Shown: positions 1-11,249, counted from the first letter of the stretch. The stretch is DNA of 64,000 nt from Spirochaetia bacterium (GCA_963662795.1 OY759746.1:2304001-2368000), one strand, 5' to 3'. Notes: generated from the sequence alone by a model not told the origin. Made by a program: numbers and translations.

Positions 1-45
1 TACCGCTTGGGTACGGCGCCGTAGATGAAAAAAATATAACAGGAA

Positions 46-1428
46 TTGTTTTTAATGTCCAGAGATTTTGAGAGAAACAGGACTGTCCTAAAAACTGACA
101 GACCTCTTGCCATGCTTATTATCCCCCCTGTATACGATTTTGCATTTTATGACCTCTATTTTAAGCCATACGGGCTTTTAAGAATCGGCCGCTGGCTTCA
201 AAAGGGGGGATGGAACTGCCTGTTTGTAAATGCGCTTGACTACCGCGATGAAATATCTTTATCCCGGTTAAAACCGCCTCACAGGTATGCCAACGGGACA
301 GGAAAAATGTTCAGGCAGCCTTTTCCAATGCCGGAAGGGGATTTCCCCTCTTCCAGAAGGTTTTCACGATATGGAATTACAGATGAGTCCTTAAGGTCAG
401 GGATCGCCTCTTCCCGCAGGCCGGATATCATACTGATTTCAACCTTTATGACATACTGGTACAAAGGGGTAGTTGAAACTGCGCAATTGTGCAGAAAAAT
501 CTGGCCGGGTGTGCCGGTCTTTACAGGCGGTATCTATGCAACACTTATGCCTGAGCACTGCAGAACAGCAACAGGGGCCGACCATGTTGTAAAAGGGGAA
601 GCCTGGGATTATCTCAACAGGTATTTCAGCAAATCTGCCCTGCCGGTTTGTGATAAAAGCCCCTGTGATGAGGATTTTCTTATGGAAAGTGAGGTCTGGA
701 AAGATGCGGCGGTTCTGCGGCTTAATACAGGGTGCCCCATGCGGTGCAGCTACTGCGCATCATCGATGATCGCGGGATTCTCTGAAGGGTCTCCTGACGC
801 AGTATTTAATCAGTTCCGGGCAATCCATGAAAAATACGGGACAGTTAATTTTGCTTTTTATGATGATGCCCTGCTTTTTAAAAAAGATAAGATACTGCTT
901 CCGTTCCTTGAAAAAGTAATTGCAAGCGGAATAGAGGCAAATTTTTATGTTCCAAACGCTGTTCATATCGATTTTCTCGACAGCGAATCTGTAAAACTGA
1001 TGAGGAAGGCCGGCTTCAGGGAGATAAGGCTCGGATTTGAAAGTTCTGATCCTGAGTTCCATAAAAATAACGGCAGAAAGTATGATGAGGGTACGTTCCC
1101 TTCAGTGATCGAAAAACTAAAATCCGGCGGATTCTCTGAACGGAATGAAATAATTATCTATATCCTTGCCGGGCTTCCCGGCCAGCTCCGGGATGAGGTT
1201 TTGAATACCGTAAAGTATCTTTCCGGTTTCAATGTGCGCATAAGCGTTTCTGAGTATTCACCTGTGCCGGGGTCATTCCTCTGGGAAGATAGTGTGAGGA
1301 AAAGCCGTTATCCGATAGCGGAAGATCCGCTTTTTCACAACAACTCCATTTTCCCCATGTCGTGGGAGAAGTTTACCTACGAAGATATGCAGAGGCTTAA
1401 AACACTTGCCTCTGAGCTCTCTGTCTGA
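46..1428 (+). CDS. B12-binding domain radical SAM protein
   Basis: CxxxCxxC motif (GCPMRCSYC) after an N-terminal cobalamin-binding-like region (PYGLLRIG...GGIYATL); start may be ATG at 55. Confidence 0.85.
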   Translation: MFLMSRDFERNRTVLKTDRPLAMLIIPPVYDFAFYDLYFKPYGLLRIGRWLQKGGWNCLFVNALDYRDEISLSRLKPPHRYANGTGKMFRQPFPMPEGDFPSSRRFSRYGITDESLRSGIASSRRPDIILISTFMTYWYKGVVETAQLCRKIWPGVPVFTGGIYATLMPEHCRTATGADHVVKGEAWDYLNRYFSKSALPVCDKSPCDEDFLMESEVWKDAAVLRLNTGCPMRCSYCASSMIAGFSEGSPDAVFNQFRAIHEKYGTVNFAFYDDALLFKKDKILLPFLEKVIASGIEANFYVPNAVHIDFLDSESVKLMRKAGFREIRLGFESSDPEFHKNNGRKYDEGTFPSVIEKLKSGGFSERNEIIIYILAGLPGQLRDEVLNTVKYLSGFNVRISVSEYSPVPGSFLWEDSVRKSRYPIAEDPLFHNNSIFPMSWEKFTYEDMQRLKTLASELSV

Positions 1429-1468
1429 TGCCTTGCGGAAAACATGCGCCGGACCCGGGGGGCAGCCG

Positions 1469-2545
1469 TTATACAAGCTCGTCCCTCATACTCTCGGCAG
1501 TATTTCCCAGGAGAAGGGCGATGGCATCTTTTGCAGAGATGTCCTTGTTTATTATATTGTAGACAATGTTTGATATCGGCAGTTTTATTTTATACTGATC
1601 AATAATCTGCCTTACAAATTTGGCTGCAACCGCTCCTTCCGGAAGGTACCCCACCTTGTCAATGTTGCTGATCATGTCGTCTATTCCTGTGAACTTATCA
1701 AGTATATTTTTTAACACTATATCCCTGCCGAAACGCCTGTTTCTGCCGTGTATGCTCCTGCAGGTTACGTCAAGATCGCCGACTCCCGAAATTGATGTAA
1801 ATGTTTCAGGATGTGTTGCCCCTAGTACTTTTCCTATTTTCTGGATTTCGTTAAGCCCTGCCGCAAGAAGGAGTGATTCTGTATTGTCTCCGAAATAATC
1901 TGAATTTTCCTTTAAAGCATCAAGCATTCCGAAAGCTATAGCAATAACATTTTTTGTGGCTGCGCATGTCTGAACGCCTATGACATCAATTGAGGAAAAA
2001 ACAAAAAGAGAGGGACTTGTAAGGAGTTCCCTGAACCTGATTGAGTTTCTTCCGTTTCTGCATGCGCTTATCAGCCCGGTTAATTTATTTACCGAGACCT
2101 CTTCCGCGTGGCTTGGCCCCGCTATATAGACAATATTGTCCCTGTAGAAACCGGGGAAATAATCCTCGAGTGTGCTTACTATAAGTTTTGGCCCTGAAGG
2201 GGATGCAATAAATCCTTTTGTTATTATGCCGACTGTTGTTTTGCCTTCCCTTATATCTCTGGCTTCAAGAATTTTTTTTACAGTATCAACAAGATAGATT
2301 GAAGGAGTCGCGATAATCAGAAAATCCTTGTCGTTTGCGGCTTCGATAATATCTGTAGTCGCGCTTAAATCAGGCGGAAGCGTTATTCCCGGAAGATAAC
2401 GGCTGTTAAGATGATTTTTGTTTATATCATCGACAACCTCTTTCATGAAATCCCACATCCGGACTTTTATCCCCTTCTGCGCAATCTGTTTGCCGATTGC
2501 TGTTCCCCATGCTCCAGAACTTATTATTCCGACTTTTATACTCAT
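1469..2545 (-). CDS. gpsA: NAD(P)H-dependent glycerol-3-phosphate dehydrogenase
   Basis: SSGAWGTA Rossmann motif, GPSHAEEV, KNVIAIA, GVGDLDVTC...RN. Confidence 0.93.
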   Translation of the reverse strand: MSIKVGIISSGAWGTAIGKQIAQKGIKVRMWDFMKEVVDDINKNHLNSRYLPGITLPPDLSATTDIIEAANDKDFLIIATPSIYLVDTVKKILEARDIREGKTTVGIITKGFIASPSGPKLIVSTLEDYFPGFYRDNIVYIAGPSHAEEVSVNKLTGLISACRNGRNSIRFRELLTSPSLFVFSSIDVIGVQTCAATKNVIAIAFGMLDALKENSDYFGDNTESLLLAAGLNEIQKIGKVLGATHPETFTSISGVGDLDVTCRSIHGRNRRFGRDIVLKNILDKFTGIDDMISNIDKVGYLPEGAVAAKFVRQIIDQYKIKLPISNIVYNIINKDISAKDAIALLLGNTAESMRDELV

Positions 2546-4392
2546 TTTCCGGTATCTCCTGTTTGTGCTTGTTTCGAAAATTCATCAATAATTTCACGGA
2601 TATAATCAAGGCTGTCAAGCCAGAACGCTTCGTTTTCGATATTAAATCCTGCTTTTGCAGCTGTTTCTTCCGCACCGGCCCTGCCTGACATTTTAAGTAT
2701 CTCTTTGTACTGTGCGGGGAAATTTAATCTGTCTGACAAATATTTCCTGTAAAGAGCAATCCCGAAGAGCTGGCCGAATGCGTAAGGGTAATTATAAAAA
2801 CTTAAGGAAGGAATATAGTAATGCCCTTTGACTGCCCACATATAATGGTGACAGGACCGCCTCTCAATGGACTTTCCATAAGTTTTTTTCTGTGCGGCCT
2901 TCATGAGGGCCGAATATTCATCAGCGCTCAATTCTCCCTCTTCCCGTTTTTTAAATACAGATTGTTCGAAGTAAAATCTTGAGAGTATATCGACAATTAC
3001 CTGTGTTATTTCCTGAAGAAAAATCTCCATAATTGGAAGTTTGCCTTCAGGCGGCGCGTTTTTGATTGCTGTATCGAAAATAAGTATTTCCGAAAATATG
3101 GAAGCAGTCTCTGCAAGGGTCATGGGATAATCCTGATGGATATGGCTGTCGTTTTTAAGGACTTCAGCGTGCCATGCGTGACCCAGTTCATGCGCAACTG
3201 TGGATACAGAAGAAAAGTTTCCGCTGTAGTTGCAGAGTATCCTGCTCATCCGGGCAGACGGGAAATTTATGCAGTATGCACCCCCGACTTTTCCTTTCTG
3301 CGGAAGGGCATCGATCCATTTTTCATCAAAAGCTTTTACAGCAAAATTTCCCATTTCCTCTGAAAAGCCGGTAAAAGTTTCTGTTATGAATTTTCTCCCC
3401 TTTTCAAACGGCCAGCTGCCTTTTCCTGACGATCCGTCATCAGGGAGCGGGACACTGTCAGGGAGCGGGGCAAAAATATCGTAAAAGGCAAGTTTTTCAA
3501 GGCCGAGAAGCGAGGCTTTACTGTTAAGGTATTTATGAAAAGATGGAAGTGATTTTTCCATTGCCCCGGTAAGTGCTTTCAGGGTCTTTCCGGATATGCG
3601 CGCCTGAAAAGCTGATTTTTCAATTGCGGATTTCCATCCTTTTCTTCTGTTCAGGATAATGTTAAACCCTTTTACTCCGTTAAGCGCAAAAGAAAGCGGT
3701 ATTTCAACGCTTCTCCATGCCTCAATTTCCTTTTTAAAAGCCTTCTTTCTTGTTTCCCTGTCGCTGCCAAAGGCAAGGGCCCTTAACTCTGTTACGGTTT
3801 TTCTCTCTTTCGCGCTGCGGCCCCATTTAACGCTAAGATCAGATGATACAGCTTCCTGAAGTCTGGACCAGGAGTTCGCCCCCGGCTGCAGCATCTCTTC
3901 TACCAGATCCTCCATCTCTTCCGAAAGCTGGTGTTTTTTAAGCTCTGCTGTTTCGGAAAGGAAAAGGCGGTAGCCGGAAAAAAAACTGTCAGCAGGGTTT
4001 CCCGCTGCCCTTTTATCAATTTCTGCTTCTGACAGTTTGAAATATTTCCTGAAAAGGGTTTTAGCTCTGTACAGGTTCAATTTTTCTTTTTCAAGGGAAT
4101 TGAGCTCTTTAAGTACTGAAGCGTCCGCAGTATTCACAGAATAAAGGGCGTAGCAGAAGGAATAGAGGTTTTCATACAGCGAACCTGAGTATTCCATCTT
4201 CTTTACCGCATCTTTAATCCATTGAATATCATCAGCAGATGCTCCCTCTCCCTTTTTGACAGCATCAAGTGCTTCCTGAAAAGAGTCTGCAAGTCTTTTT
4301 TTATCATTTTTATATGAGGAGTCATCAACCCCCCTGTAAATGGCTGTCAGATCCCAGCGGGGAAGGGGAGTATTCATGTCGGAATTATTCAT
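2542..4392 (-). CDS. M3B family oligoendopeptidase
   Basis: PRWDL N-terminus, GKVGGAYC, HELGH zinc motif, LAETAS, FYNYPYAFG. Confidence 0.92.
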   Translation of the reverse strand: MNNSDMNTPLPRWDLTAIYRGVDDSSYKNDKKRLADSFQEALDAVKKGEGASADDIQWIKDAVKKMEYSGSLYENLYSFCYALYSVNTADASVLKELNSLEKEKLNLYRAKTLFRKYFKLSEAEIDKRAAGNPADSFFSGYRLFLSETAELKKHQLSEEMEDLVEEMLQPGANSWSRLQEAVSSDLSVKWGRSAKERKTVTELRALAFGSDRETRKKAFKKEIEAWRSVEIPLSFALNGVKGFNIILNRRKGWKSAIEKSAFQARISGKTLKALTGAMEKSLPSFHKYLNSKASLLGLEKLAFYDIFAPLPDSVPLPDDGSSGKGSWPFEKGRKFITETFTGFSEEMGNFAVKAFDEKWIDALPQKGKVGGAYCINFPSARMSRILCNYSGNFSSVSTVAHELGHAWHAEVLKNDSHIHQDYPMTLAETASIFSEILIFDTAIKNAPPEGKLPIMEIFLQEITQVIVDILSRFYFEQSVFKKREEGELSADEYSALMKAAQKKTYGKSIERRSCHHYMWAVKGHYYIPSLSFYNYPYAFGQLFGIALYRKYLSDRLNFPAQYKEILKMSGRAGAEETAAKAGFNIENEAFWLDSLDYIREIIDEFSKQAQTGDTGK

Positions 4393-4621
4393 GGTTCATT
4401 GTTCCTTAATCAGTCCGGATTTTGCATTCCTGCCCATAAGAGCATCAGTCCTTTTTAAGCCTGTCATTGAAAATATATCATAAAAAAATGTTTTTTAAAT
4501 ACAAATAATAGCTTAAAGCGCAGCTTCCGAGCCGTCTGCTTGTATAATAATTAAAGATACTGTATTCTCAGCCTACCACCTTTTCAGGTCAATTCTTAAT
4601 AAACAGCAGGTAAAGAAAAAA

Positions 4622-6484
4622 ATGACTCAGGCAACGGCTTCAGAGATAATGAATAAAATTGAAACAAGAAATGAATTAATCAGAAATATTGCGATAATAG
4701 CCCATGTAGACCACGGTAAAACTACTCTGGTAGATTCAATGTTCAAACAGAGCGGTATTTTCAGGGCAAATGAAAAAGTACGTGAAAGGATTATGGACAG
4801 CGGTGAGCTTGAGAGGGAGAGGGGTATAACAATTTCTGCCAAGAACTGTGAAGTTTTATGGAACGGAATCAAGATTAATATTCTCGATACCCCGGGTCAC
4901 GCTGATTTCGGAGGCGAGGTAGAGCGGGCCCTTTCAATGGTTGACGGGGTTGTGCTTCTTGTTGATGCTGCCGAAGGTCCGCTGCCCCAGACAAGATTTG
5001 TCCTTTCAAAAGCGCTTAAAAATTCACTCGAAATAATTATAGTAATCAACAAGATCGACAGGGACGATGCGAGGCCCGAAGAGGTTTATCACAAAGTGCT
5101 TGAACTTTTAATCGATCTCGGGGCTGATGATAAATACATCGACAGCCCCCTTATCTATGCCAACGGCAGGGAGGGAATAGCCAAATTTTCCCTTTCCGAT
5201 GAAGTATCGAATCTCGCTCCGCTGATGGATACAATCATAAATCATATTCCCGCCCCTTTGTGCGACATGGAAGCCCCTTTCCAGATGCTTGTTGCCGACC
5301 TTGATTATTCCGATTACCTGGGAAGAATGGCAATAGGCAAAATTCAGAACGGAATAGTATCGATTAACGATAAGCTTGTAAGTGTCGGAGCAGGCGGTGT
5401 TATAAAACCTGTCAAGGTCTCCCAGATCCAGGTATACAGCGGAACTGGCCTTGAAGTTGTGGAATCGCTTGCCGCAGGCGACATTGTAATACTATCGGGA
5501 GTCAGCGATATTTCCATAGGAGATACAATATGCAGCGCGCTTCAGCCGACAGCCCTTCCCAGGATCGAAATTGATGAGCCTACTGTCGCTGTCCGCTTTT
5601 CTCCCAACAACTCGCCTTTTGCAGGAAAAGAAGGAAAATTTGTTCAGGGCAGCAAGATACTTGAAAGGCTGAAAAAAGAGACCCTGAGGAATGTAGCCCT
5701 CCAGGTGGAAACCCCCAATGACAACGAAGGATTCCTTGTCAAGGGAAGGGGAGAATTCCAGATGGCCATTCTTATTGAAACATTGAGAAGGGAAGGATAT
5801 GAGTTCTGCGTCGGCCGCCCGCAGGTTATATTCAAATATGATGAAAAGGGAAAAAAACTTGAGCCCATTGAGCATCTTGTAATAAGCGCTGCCAAAGAAT
5901 ATTCAGGAATTATCTCTGAAGCTCTGATGCAGAGAAAAGGGATAATGTCCGGCTATACTCCATGCGACAACGGGACACTTCTTCTTGAATTTTCAGTTCC
6001 TTCACGCTCTCTTATAGGCTACAGGGACAAGTTTATGACTGATACAAAAGGCACAGGACTCATGAACTCCTATTTTTCAGGATATGAGGAATACAGGGGC
6101 GATTTTCAGTCCCGAACAACCGGCTCTCTTGTTTCAGACAGGGGAGGGGAGGCTGTTGCCTACGCAATATTTAATCTTGAACCGAGAGGCACCATGTATA
6201 TCGTGCCCGGCGACCCTGTTTATGAGGGGATGATAGTCGGGGAGCATAACAGGGAAAATGACCTTTACCTGAATCCGACAAAAACAAAGCAGCTTACAAA
6301 CATAAGGGCCGCCAACAAGGACCATGCCTGCGTTCTTATTCCTGTATCGCCAATGACACCTGAAAAAGCCCTTAATACAATCAGGGAAGATGAGCTTGTT
6401 GAAGTAACTCCTCTTTCCATAAGGCTCAGGAAAAGGATTCTTGTGCGGGCAGAAAGAAAGATAGTTGAAAAATACGGACAGTAA
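4622..6484 (+). CDS. typA: translational GTPase TypA/BipA
   Basis: IAHVDHGKTT, DTPGHADFGGEVER, NKID, GRGE, EVTPLSIRLRK. Confidence 0.97.
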   Translation: MTQATASEIMNKIETRNELIRNIAIIAHVDHGKTTLVDSMFKQSGIFRANEKVRERIMDSGELERERGITISAKNCEVLWNGIKINILDTPGHADFGGEVERALSMVDGVVLLVDAAEGPLPQTRFVLSKALKNSLEIIIVINKIDRDDARPEEVYHKVLELLIDLGADDKYIDSPLIYANGREGIAKFSLSDEVSNLAPLMDTIINHIPAPLCDMEAPFQMLVADLDYSDYLGRMAIGKIQNGIVSINDKLVSVGAGGVIKPVKVSQIQVYSGTGLEVVESLAAGDIVILSGVSDISIGDTICSALQPTALPRIEIDEPTVAVRFSPNNSPFAGKEGKFVQGSKILERLKKETLRNVALQVETPNDNEGFLVKGRGEFQMAILIETLRREGYEFCVGRPQVIFKYDEKGKKLEPIEHLVISAAKEYSGIISEALMQRKGIMSGYTPCDNGTLLLEFSVPSRSLIGYRDKFMTDTKGTGLMNSYFSGYEEYRGDFQSRTTGSLVSDRGGEAVAYAIFNLEPRGTMYIVPGDPVYEGMIVGEHNRENDLYLNPTKTKQLTNIRAANKDHACVLIPVSPMTPEKALNTIREDELVEVTPLSIRLRKRILVRAERKIVEKYGQ

Positions 6485-6508
6485 TTACAACGCTGTTCTT
6501 AAGACCTG

Positions 6509-7528
6509 TTATTCAGCAGCTAATGATTTTTCCAGAAATACGCCATGGGTTCCATAATCATTCCATTTAAGGCTTTTGGATTTCTTTAAGCACTGAGGCT
6601 GGAATCCGTCTATGGTTATTCTTGAATTGAGACTTTCCGAAAAAACATAATATTCTTTTTCATTTTTTTTAAGTATTCCTGAATATTCATGTTTTCCCTC
6701 TTCACGGCTGTCAATTTCTCCGACAAGGGTTTGGCGCATAACAGCATAAATGACATTTTTCCCGAGATTCAAATCAAGCCATTCTGTAGTTTTTATAAAC
6801 CCCGGCAGCTTACTGTGTTCCTTTGAAGAAGAATCCGGAGCTTTATTTCCCCTGTTTTGACTTATCAGCTCTGAAAGCCCGTAATGTTCGTTATTATAAG
6901 CCGCTTCATGAGGCAGCAGTCCTTCGTTGTCCGGAATATCAGCTGATGCTCCGTACTGAATCAGTGTTTTCGCGGCAGGAATATGCCCTCCCGCTGCCGC
7001 CTCCAGCAGGGGTGTGCTTCCGTTAACATTCTGTGTATCTACAGCCGCACCGCTTTCGAGCAGGAATTCCACAATATTGTTATGGCCGTACATGGCGGCA
7101 TACAGGAGCGGAGTGTTTCCGAATATATCGGGAGAATGCTTATCCCTGCACAGGGGGAGAAGTATTTCAACCATCGCGAGATGACCGAATCCGGCTGCCG
7201 CGTGAAGTACTCCGTAGCCGCTTCTGTCTTTTATATTAATATCTGCATTATGATCAATCAGGTGGCTTATATATTCAATATGCCCGGTTTTTGCCGCTAT
7301 CAGGGCAGGGGTTTCATTTTCACTGTTAACAGCGTTTACTTCCGCTCCGCTGTCAAGAAGCTCTCTGACAATTGTCATACTGCCCTTCCCGCAGGAAACA
7401 ATCAGCGGTGTATTGCCGTTTTTATCCCTGCAGTCAATATTTCTTATCTTTCTGATAATGGACAGCGCTTCTTCAGTATTACCACTATCAATTACCTTAA
7501 AAAGTTTATTTGATCTACTGAACAGCAT
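6509..7528 (-). CDS. ankyrin repeat protein
   Basis: about six G-x-TPLxxAA/GH ankyrin repeats followed by an unassigned C-terminal domain. Confidence 0.9.
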   Translation of the reverse strand: MLFSRSNKLFKVIDSGNTEEALSIIRKIRNIDCRDKNGNTPLIVSCGKGSMTIVRELLDSGAEVNAVNSENETPALIAAKTGHIEYISHLIDHNADINIKDRSGYGVLHAAAGFGHLAMVEILLPLCRDKHSPDIFGNTPLLYAAMYGHNNIVEFLLESGAAVDTQNVNGSTPLLEAAAGGHIPAAKTLIQYGASADIPDNEGLLPHEAAYNNEHYGLSELISQNRGNKAPDSSSKEHSKLPGFIKTTEWLDLNLGKNVIYAVMRQTLVGEIDSREEGKHEYSGILKKNEKEYYVFSESLNSRITIDGFQPQCLKKSKSLKWNDYGTHGVFLEKSLAAE

Positions 7529-7714
7529 TATTGTCTCCCTGATAATAATAAAATAATGAATTTTTATTAAAACTGTAATAATTATCGTCAGAAACAGATG
7601 ATGTGCTTATTAAAGTTTGCAGCCATACTCTCAGGGTTCAACAGGTACCCTTCCTCTTGAGTTTTTTTAACCGGCAGATATAATTCATGGAGTGTTAGTA
7701 TCGACAGGAGTATT

Positions 7715-8989
7715 ATGACTTATACAAAACGTCTGAAAATTATTGTCTTATTAGGTACTTTATTCCAAACCGCAGCAGTTTTAATGTTGTTTACGCTTCC
7801 TTCAGCAGTTTTCCCTGAATCACCGCCTCAGCAGGATCTGGAACTTCAGCCGGATCAGCCGCAGGTCAACTGCCGTTCTGCGGTGCTCTATGACGTTACA
7901 TCCGGCACGCTTTTATACGAAAAGAACGCTGATGAGGTTATACCGCCCGCCTCGATGACAAAGCTGATGTCTCTTCATCTTCTCTTTAACGCGGTTGATG
8001 AAGGGCATCTTTCTCTTGACACTTTAATCCCTGTAAGCAGAACCGCATCCTTTAAATCAAGCCCTCCGCATTCCTCCCTGATGTTTCTTGAGGAAGGGCA
8101 GCGTGTTACGCTTCTTGAGCTAATGAAAGGGCTTGCTGTTGCATCAGGCAATGATGCAGGCATTGCAGCAGCAGAGGCAGTTTCCGGTTCTCTTTCTGAA
8201 TTTATAAAATTGATGAACAGAGAAGCTGAAAAACTGGGCCTTGAGAAGACATATTTTGCAGACCCTTCAGGCTACAGCAGCGAAAATCAGACTACGGCAC
8301 GGGATTTCGCGCAATTTTGTATGTTTTACCTTGATAAGCATCCCGAAGCCCTGTCCCTGCTTCATTCACTTCCGGACTTTACCTATCCAAAAAAGGGAAA
8401 CATCCCGCCGGGCGGCAGGAGCACTCATGGCCCAATTACGCAGAAGAACAATAATCTTCTCCTTGGAAGCCTTGAAGGGGTCGACGGCCTGAAGACAGGA
8501 TATATTGATGAATCAGGTTACAATATAGCACTTACCGCTGAAAGGGGAGGGCGGCGTCTTCTTGCGGTTACAATGGGAGGGGAAAAGGAGAAGGGAATAC
8601 TTAACAGGGCGATAGACGGGGCGGTACTTCTTTCGTACGGCTTTTATTACTTTAAAACCTTTTATCCTGTGCTGCCGGATCTGCCGCCGCGCAAAGTCTT
8701 TAAGGGAAAGACGGGACGGGCTGCCGTTACAGCTTCAGTTCCTGCCGTTACCCTGCCGAGGGATTCATCAGGACCCACAGGGAACCTTAAATGGCAGGTA
8801 AACTGGGGCGCGCCGCTTGCCGCCCCTTTTAATAAGGGACAGAAAGCAGGCGAGATATCACTTCTCGACGGCGGCGGCAGAGTCCTCTTTACCCGCCCGA
8901 TAACAACGGTTGAAAGCGCTGAAAAAGGCCAGCTGATTAAACAGCTTTTTGATTCAATCCTCCTTTATTTTATGGGGCTGTTCAGTTAA
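7715..8989 (+). CDS. D-alanyl-D-alanine carboxypeptidase (S11)
   Basis: SxxK (PASMTK), SGN and KTG motifs; hydrophobic N-terminus. Confidence 0.92.
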   Translation: MTYTKRLKIIVLLGTLFQTAAVLMLFTLPSAVFPESPPQQDLELQPDQPQVNCRSAVLYDVTSGTLLYEKNADEVIPPASMTKLMSLHLLFNAVDEGHLSLDTLIPVSRTASFKSSPPHSSLMFLEEGQRVTLLELMKGLAVASGNDAGIAAAEAVSGSLSEFIKLMNREAEKLGLEKTYFADPSGYSSENQTTARDFAQFCMFYLDKHPEALSLLHSLPDFTYPKKGNIPPGGRSTHGPITQKNNNLLLGSLEGVDGLKTGYIDESGYNIALTAERGGRRLLAVTMGGEKEKGILNRAIDGAVLLSYGFYYFKTFYPVLPDLPPRKVFKGKTGRAAVTASVPAVTLPRDSSGPTGNLKWQVNWGAPLAAPFNKGQKAGEISLLDGGGRVLFTRPITTVESAEKGQLIKQLFDSILLYFMGLFS

Positions 8990-9063
8990 TTATCGTGATA
9001 TAATTTTATTTATGATTTGCCGGATGTAATTCACCGGCAATCATTTGCAGGGAGGCCGGCAGC

Positions 9064-9516
9064 GTGAAAAGTATTTCTTTTTCCTGTATATTGTTTTTTA
9101 TGATTACCGAAGGGTGCAGCAGTATGGACGGCAGTAAAAAGGCATCTGAAACCGGTCTTCTTCCCCCTTGTCCCTTGACGCCCAACTGTGTTTCATCCCA
9201 GTCAAAAGACTCCGTGCAGCATATTGATCCGATAGAATATTCCGGAATGACAGGGGATGAGGCTTTTGATAAAATGGTCCGCCTCCTTGAAAGTGAAAAA
9301 AGGGTCAGGATAGTAAAGGCTGATAAAGGTAAATATGGTTATATCCATGCCGAATTCCGTACCCTTGTTTTCCGTTTTACAGATGATGTCGAATTTGGCT
9401 TCCCCCCTGATAAAAATATAATAGATGTGAGATCTGTCTCGAGGCTCGGGATATCGGACCTGGGAGTAAACAGACGGCGGGTTGAACATATAAGAAAGAG
9501 GGTCCTCTCTGAATAA
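9064..9516 (+). CDS. DUF1499 family protein, possible lipoprotein
   Basis: CPLTPNCVSSQ, FRFTDDVEF, RSVSRLGISDLGVNRRR; GGAGG RBS. Confidence 0.85.
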   Translation: MKSISFSCILFFMITEGCSSMDGSKKASETGLLPPCPLTPNCVSSQSKDSVQHIDPIEYSGMTGDEAFDKMVRLLESEKRVRIVKADKGKYGYIHAEFRTLVFRFTDDVEFGFPPDKNIIDVRSVSRLGISDLGVNRRRVEHIRKRVLSE

Positions 9517-9556
9517 TCTCATCTGACAATAAAATTCCCGGGTTGCTTTATTTATA

Positions 9557-9585
9557 TTGACTCCTGCCTTTTTATCTCCTACCAT
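9557..9585 (+). promoter_or_regulatory. sigma70-type promoter of the acyl-CoA dehydrogenase gene
   Basis: TTGACT-17 bp-TACCAT, followed by AGGAG RBS. Confidence 0.55.
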
Positions 9586-9602
9586 TATGATAGGAGATAA
9601 AT

Positions 9603-11129
9603 ATGGAAAAATCCCTGAACCGGCCTTTTGCTGAGTTCATTACTGATTTTAAAGAGAAACTGAAATATATTTTTTATGTAAGAAGCGATCTGGATAAACT
9701 AAGCACAAAGCGGGGACTGCCTCCTTTTGTTCTTCGGGAAATAATGTCAGGGAATCCCCTGTCGGCGTTTATCCCCTCCCGGTACGGCGGCCGGGGAGGG
9801 TCTGTCCGTGAGGGGCTTGAGCTGCTTTCGGCGGCCGGGTATGAGTCTCTTCCCCTTTCACTTGGATTTGGAATCAACTGGGCACTTTTCCTTCAGCCTG
9901 TCGCAAAATACGCGGAAGAAAAAATCAAACCTTTTGTTTTTAATGGATTTCTGCAGGACAGGAAGATGGGCGGCCTTATGATAACAGAACCTGATTTCGG
10001 CAGCGACGCCCTCAATATGAAAACCTCATATACCGATGAAGGCATCTTTTTCCACCTTAAGGGAAAAAAGCACTGGGCCGGGCTTACAGGCTGGGCAGAT
10101 TACTGGCTGCTTACCGCAAGGCGTAAAAAAGAAGACGGTAACCTTGCAAGGGATATTGATTTTTTCATCTGTGATGTTTCTGAACCGGAGCAGAATATCA
10201 AAGTTGAGGAATTATACGAAAACCTCGGTGTATACATGCTCCCATACGGGCGGAATAGTATAGATGTAAAGATTCCCCGTCTTCAGAAGCTTAAGCCGGA
10301 AAGTTCAGGCATCAAGATGATGCTTGATCTGCTTCACCGCAGCAGGATGCAGTTTCCGGGTATGGGCATGGGTTTTTTGAAGCGGATGCTTGATGAGGCG
10401 GTAAAACATACTCTTGACCGCAGTGTAGGGGGAAGAAGCCTTTTCAGCTACGACCAGGTCCAGCAGCGCCTGACAAAACTTCAGTCGGCATATACTGTAT
10501 GCTCCGCAATGTGTTATAACAGCGCGGGGAAAGCGGGAATAGAAAACAACCTTTCCGGGATCGGTATTGAAGCAAACTCTGTAAAAACCTATGTGACAGA
10601 TCTGATGCAGGAGTCTTCCCAGTCCCTTCTTCAGCTGACAGGGGCCAAGGGGTACCGTCTTGATCATATCGCGGGCCGCTCAATTGTCGACAGCCGTCCT
10701 TTCCAGATATTTGAAGGGTCCAACGATATCCTTTACATCCAGATCGCAGAAGGTGTGCAGAAGCTGATGTCCCAGGGGGAGGAGAGTGGATATTCCGGGA
10801 AGAATAATTTTCTGCAGTTCCTGATGTATTATGAACTTACTTCTCTTGCGGCAGAACATCTTGATAAAAAACTGCTTGATTTTACGCTGAATGAGCAGCT
10901 GCCGCAGAGGCGGCTTACTGCTCTTGGCATGATCATCAGCCGTATAATCGCAGTGAATATGGTTTTAAAATTAACCGGCACAGGATTTAACAAATCACTT
11001 GTTGAAAGCTCTCTCGTAAGTCTCAGGCAGGAGATTGCATCGCTTATAAGCGGGTATCATTCGGAAAATAATGGTGCATACATCGAAGGTTATGAAGAGG
11101 ACAGTTCATGGTTTGACCTTGTTATATGA
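9603..11129 (+). CDS. acyl-CoA dehydrogenase family protein
   Basis: MITEPDFGSDA, LKGKKHW, GAKGY, IFEGSNDI. Confidence 0.9.
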   Translation: MEKSLNRPFAEFITDFKEKLKYIFYVRSDLDKLSTKRGLPPFVLREIMSGNPLSAFIPSRYGGRGGSVREGLELLSAAGYESLPLSLGFGINWALFLQPVAKYAEEKIKPFVFNGFLQDRKMGGLMITEPDFGSDALNMKTSYTDEGIFFHLKGKKHWAGLTGWADYWLLTARRKKEDGNLARDIDFFICDVSEPEQNIKVEELYENLGVYMLPYGRNSIDVKIPRLQKLKPESSGIKMMLDLLHRSRMQFPGMGMGFLKRMLDEAVKHTLDRSVGGRSLFSYDQVQQRLTKLQSAYTVCSAMCYNSAGKAGIENNLSGIGIEANSVKTYVTDLMQESSQSLLQLTGAKGYRLDHIAGRSIVDSRPFQIFEGSNDILYIQIAEGVQKLMSQGEESGYSGKNNFLQFLMYYELTSLAAEHLDKKLLDFTLNEQLPQRRLTALGMIISRIIAVNMVLKLTGTGFNKSLVESSLVSLRQEIASLISGYHSENNGAYIEGYEEDSSWFDLVI

Positions 11130-11159
11130 TTGGCTTATCGCCATATGCTGCAAAACAGG

Positions 11160-11224
11160 AAAAAAAATATCCCGCCGTCCGGTGAGTAACCCCTGGGGAT
11201 TATTTCCGGGAAGCGGGATTTTTA
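11160..11224. terminator. long imperfect hairpin, likely bidirectional terminator
   Basis: A-run, ATCCCGC..CCGG..CCCC/GGGG..CCGG..GCGGGAT, T-run, between convergent genes. Confidence 0.6.
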
Positions 11225-11249
11225 ATTAAATCTTCCTTGCGGAAGCTGA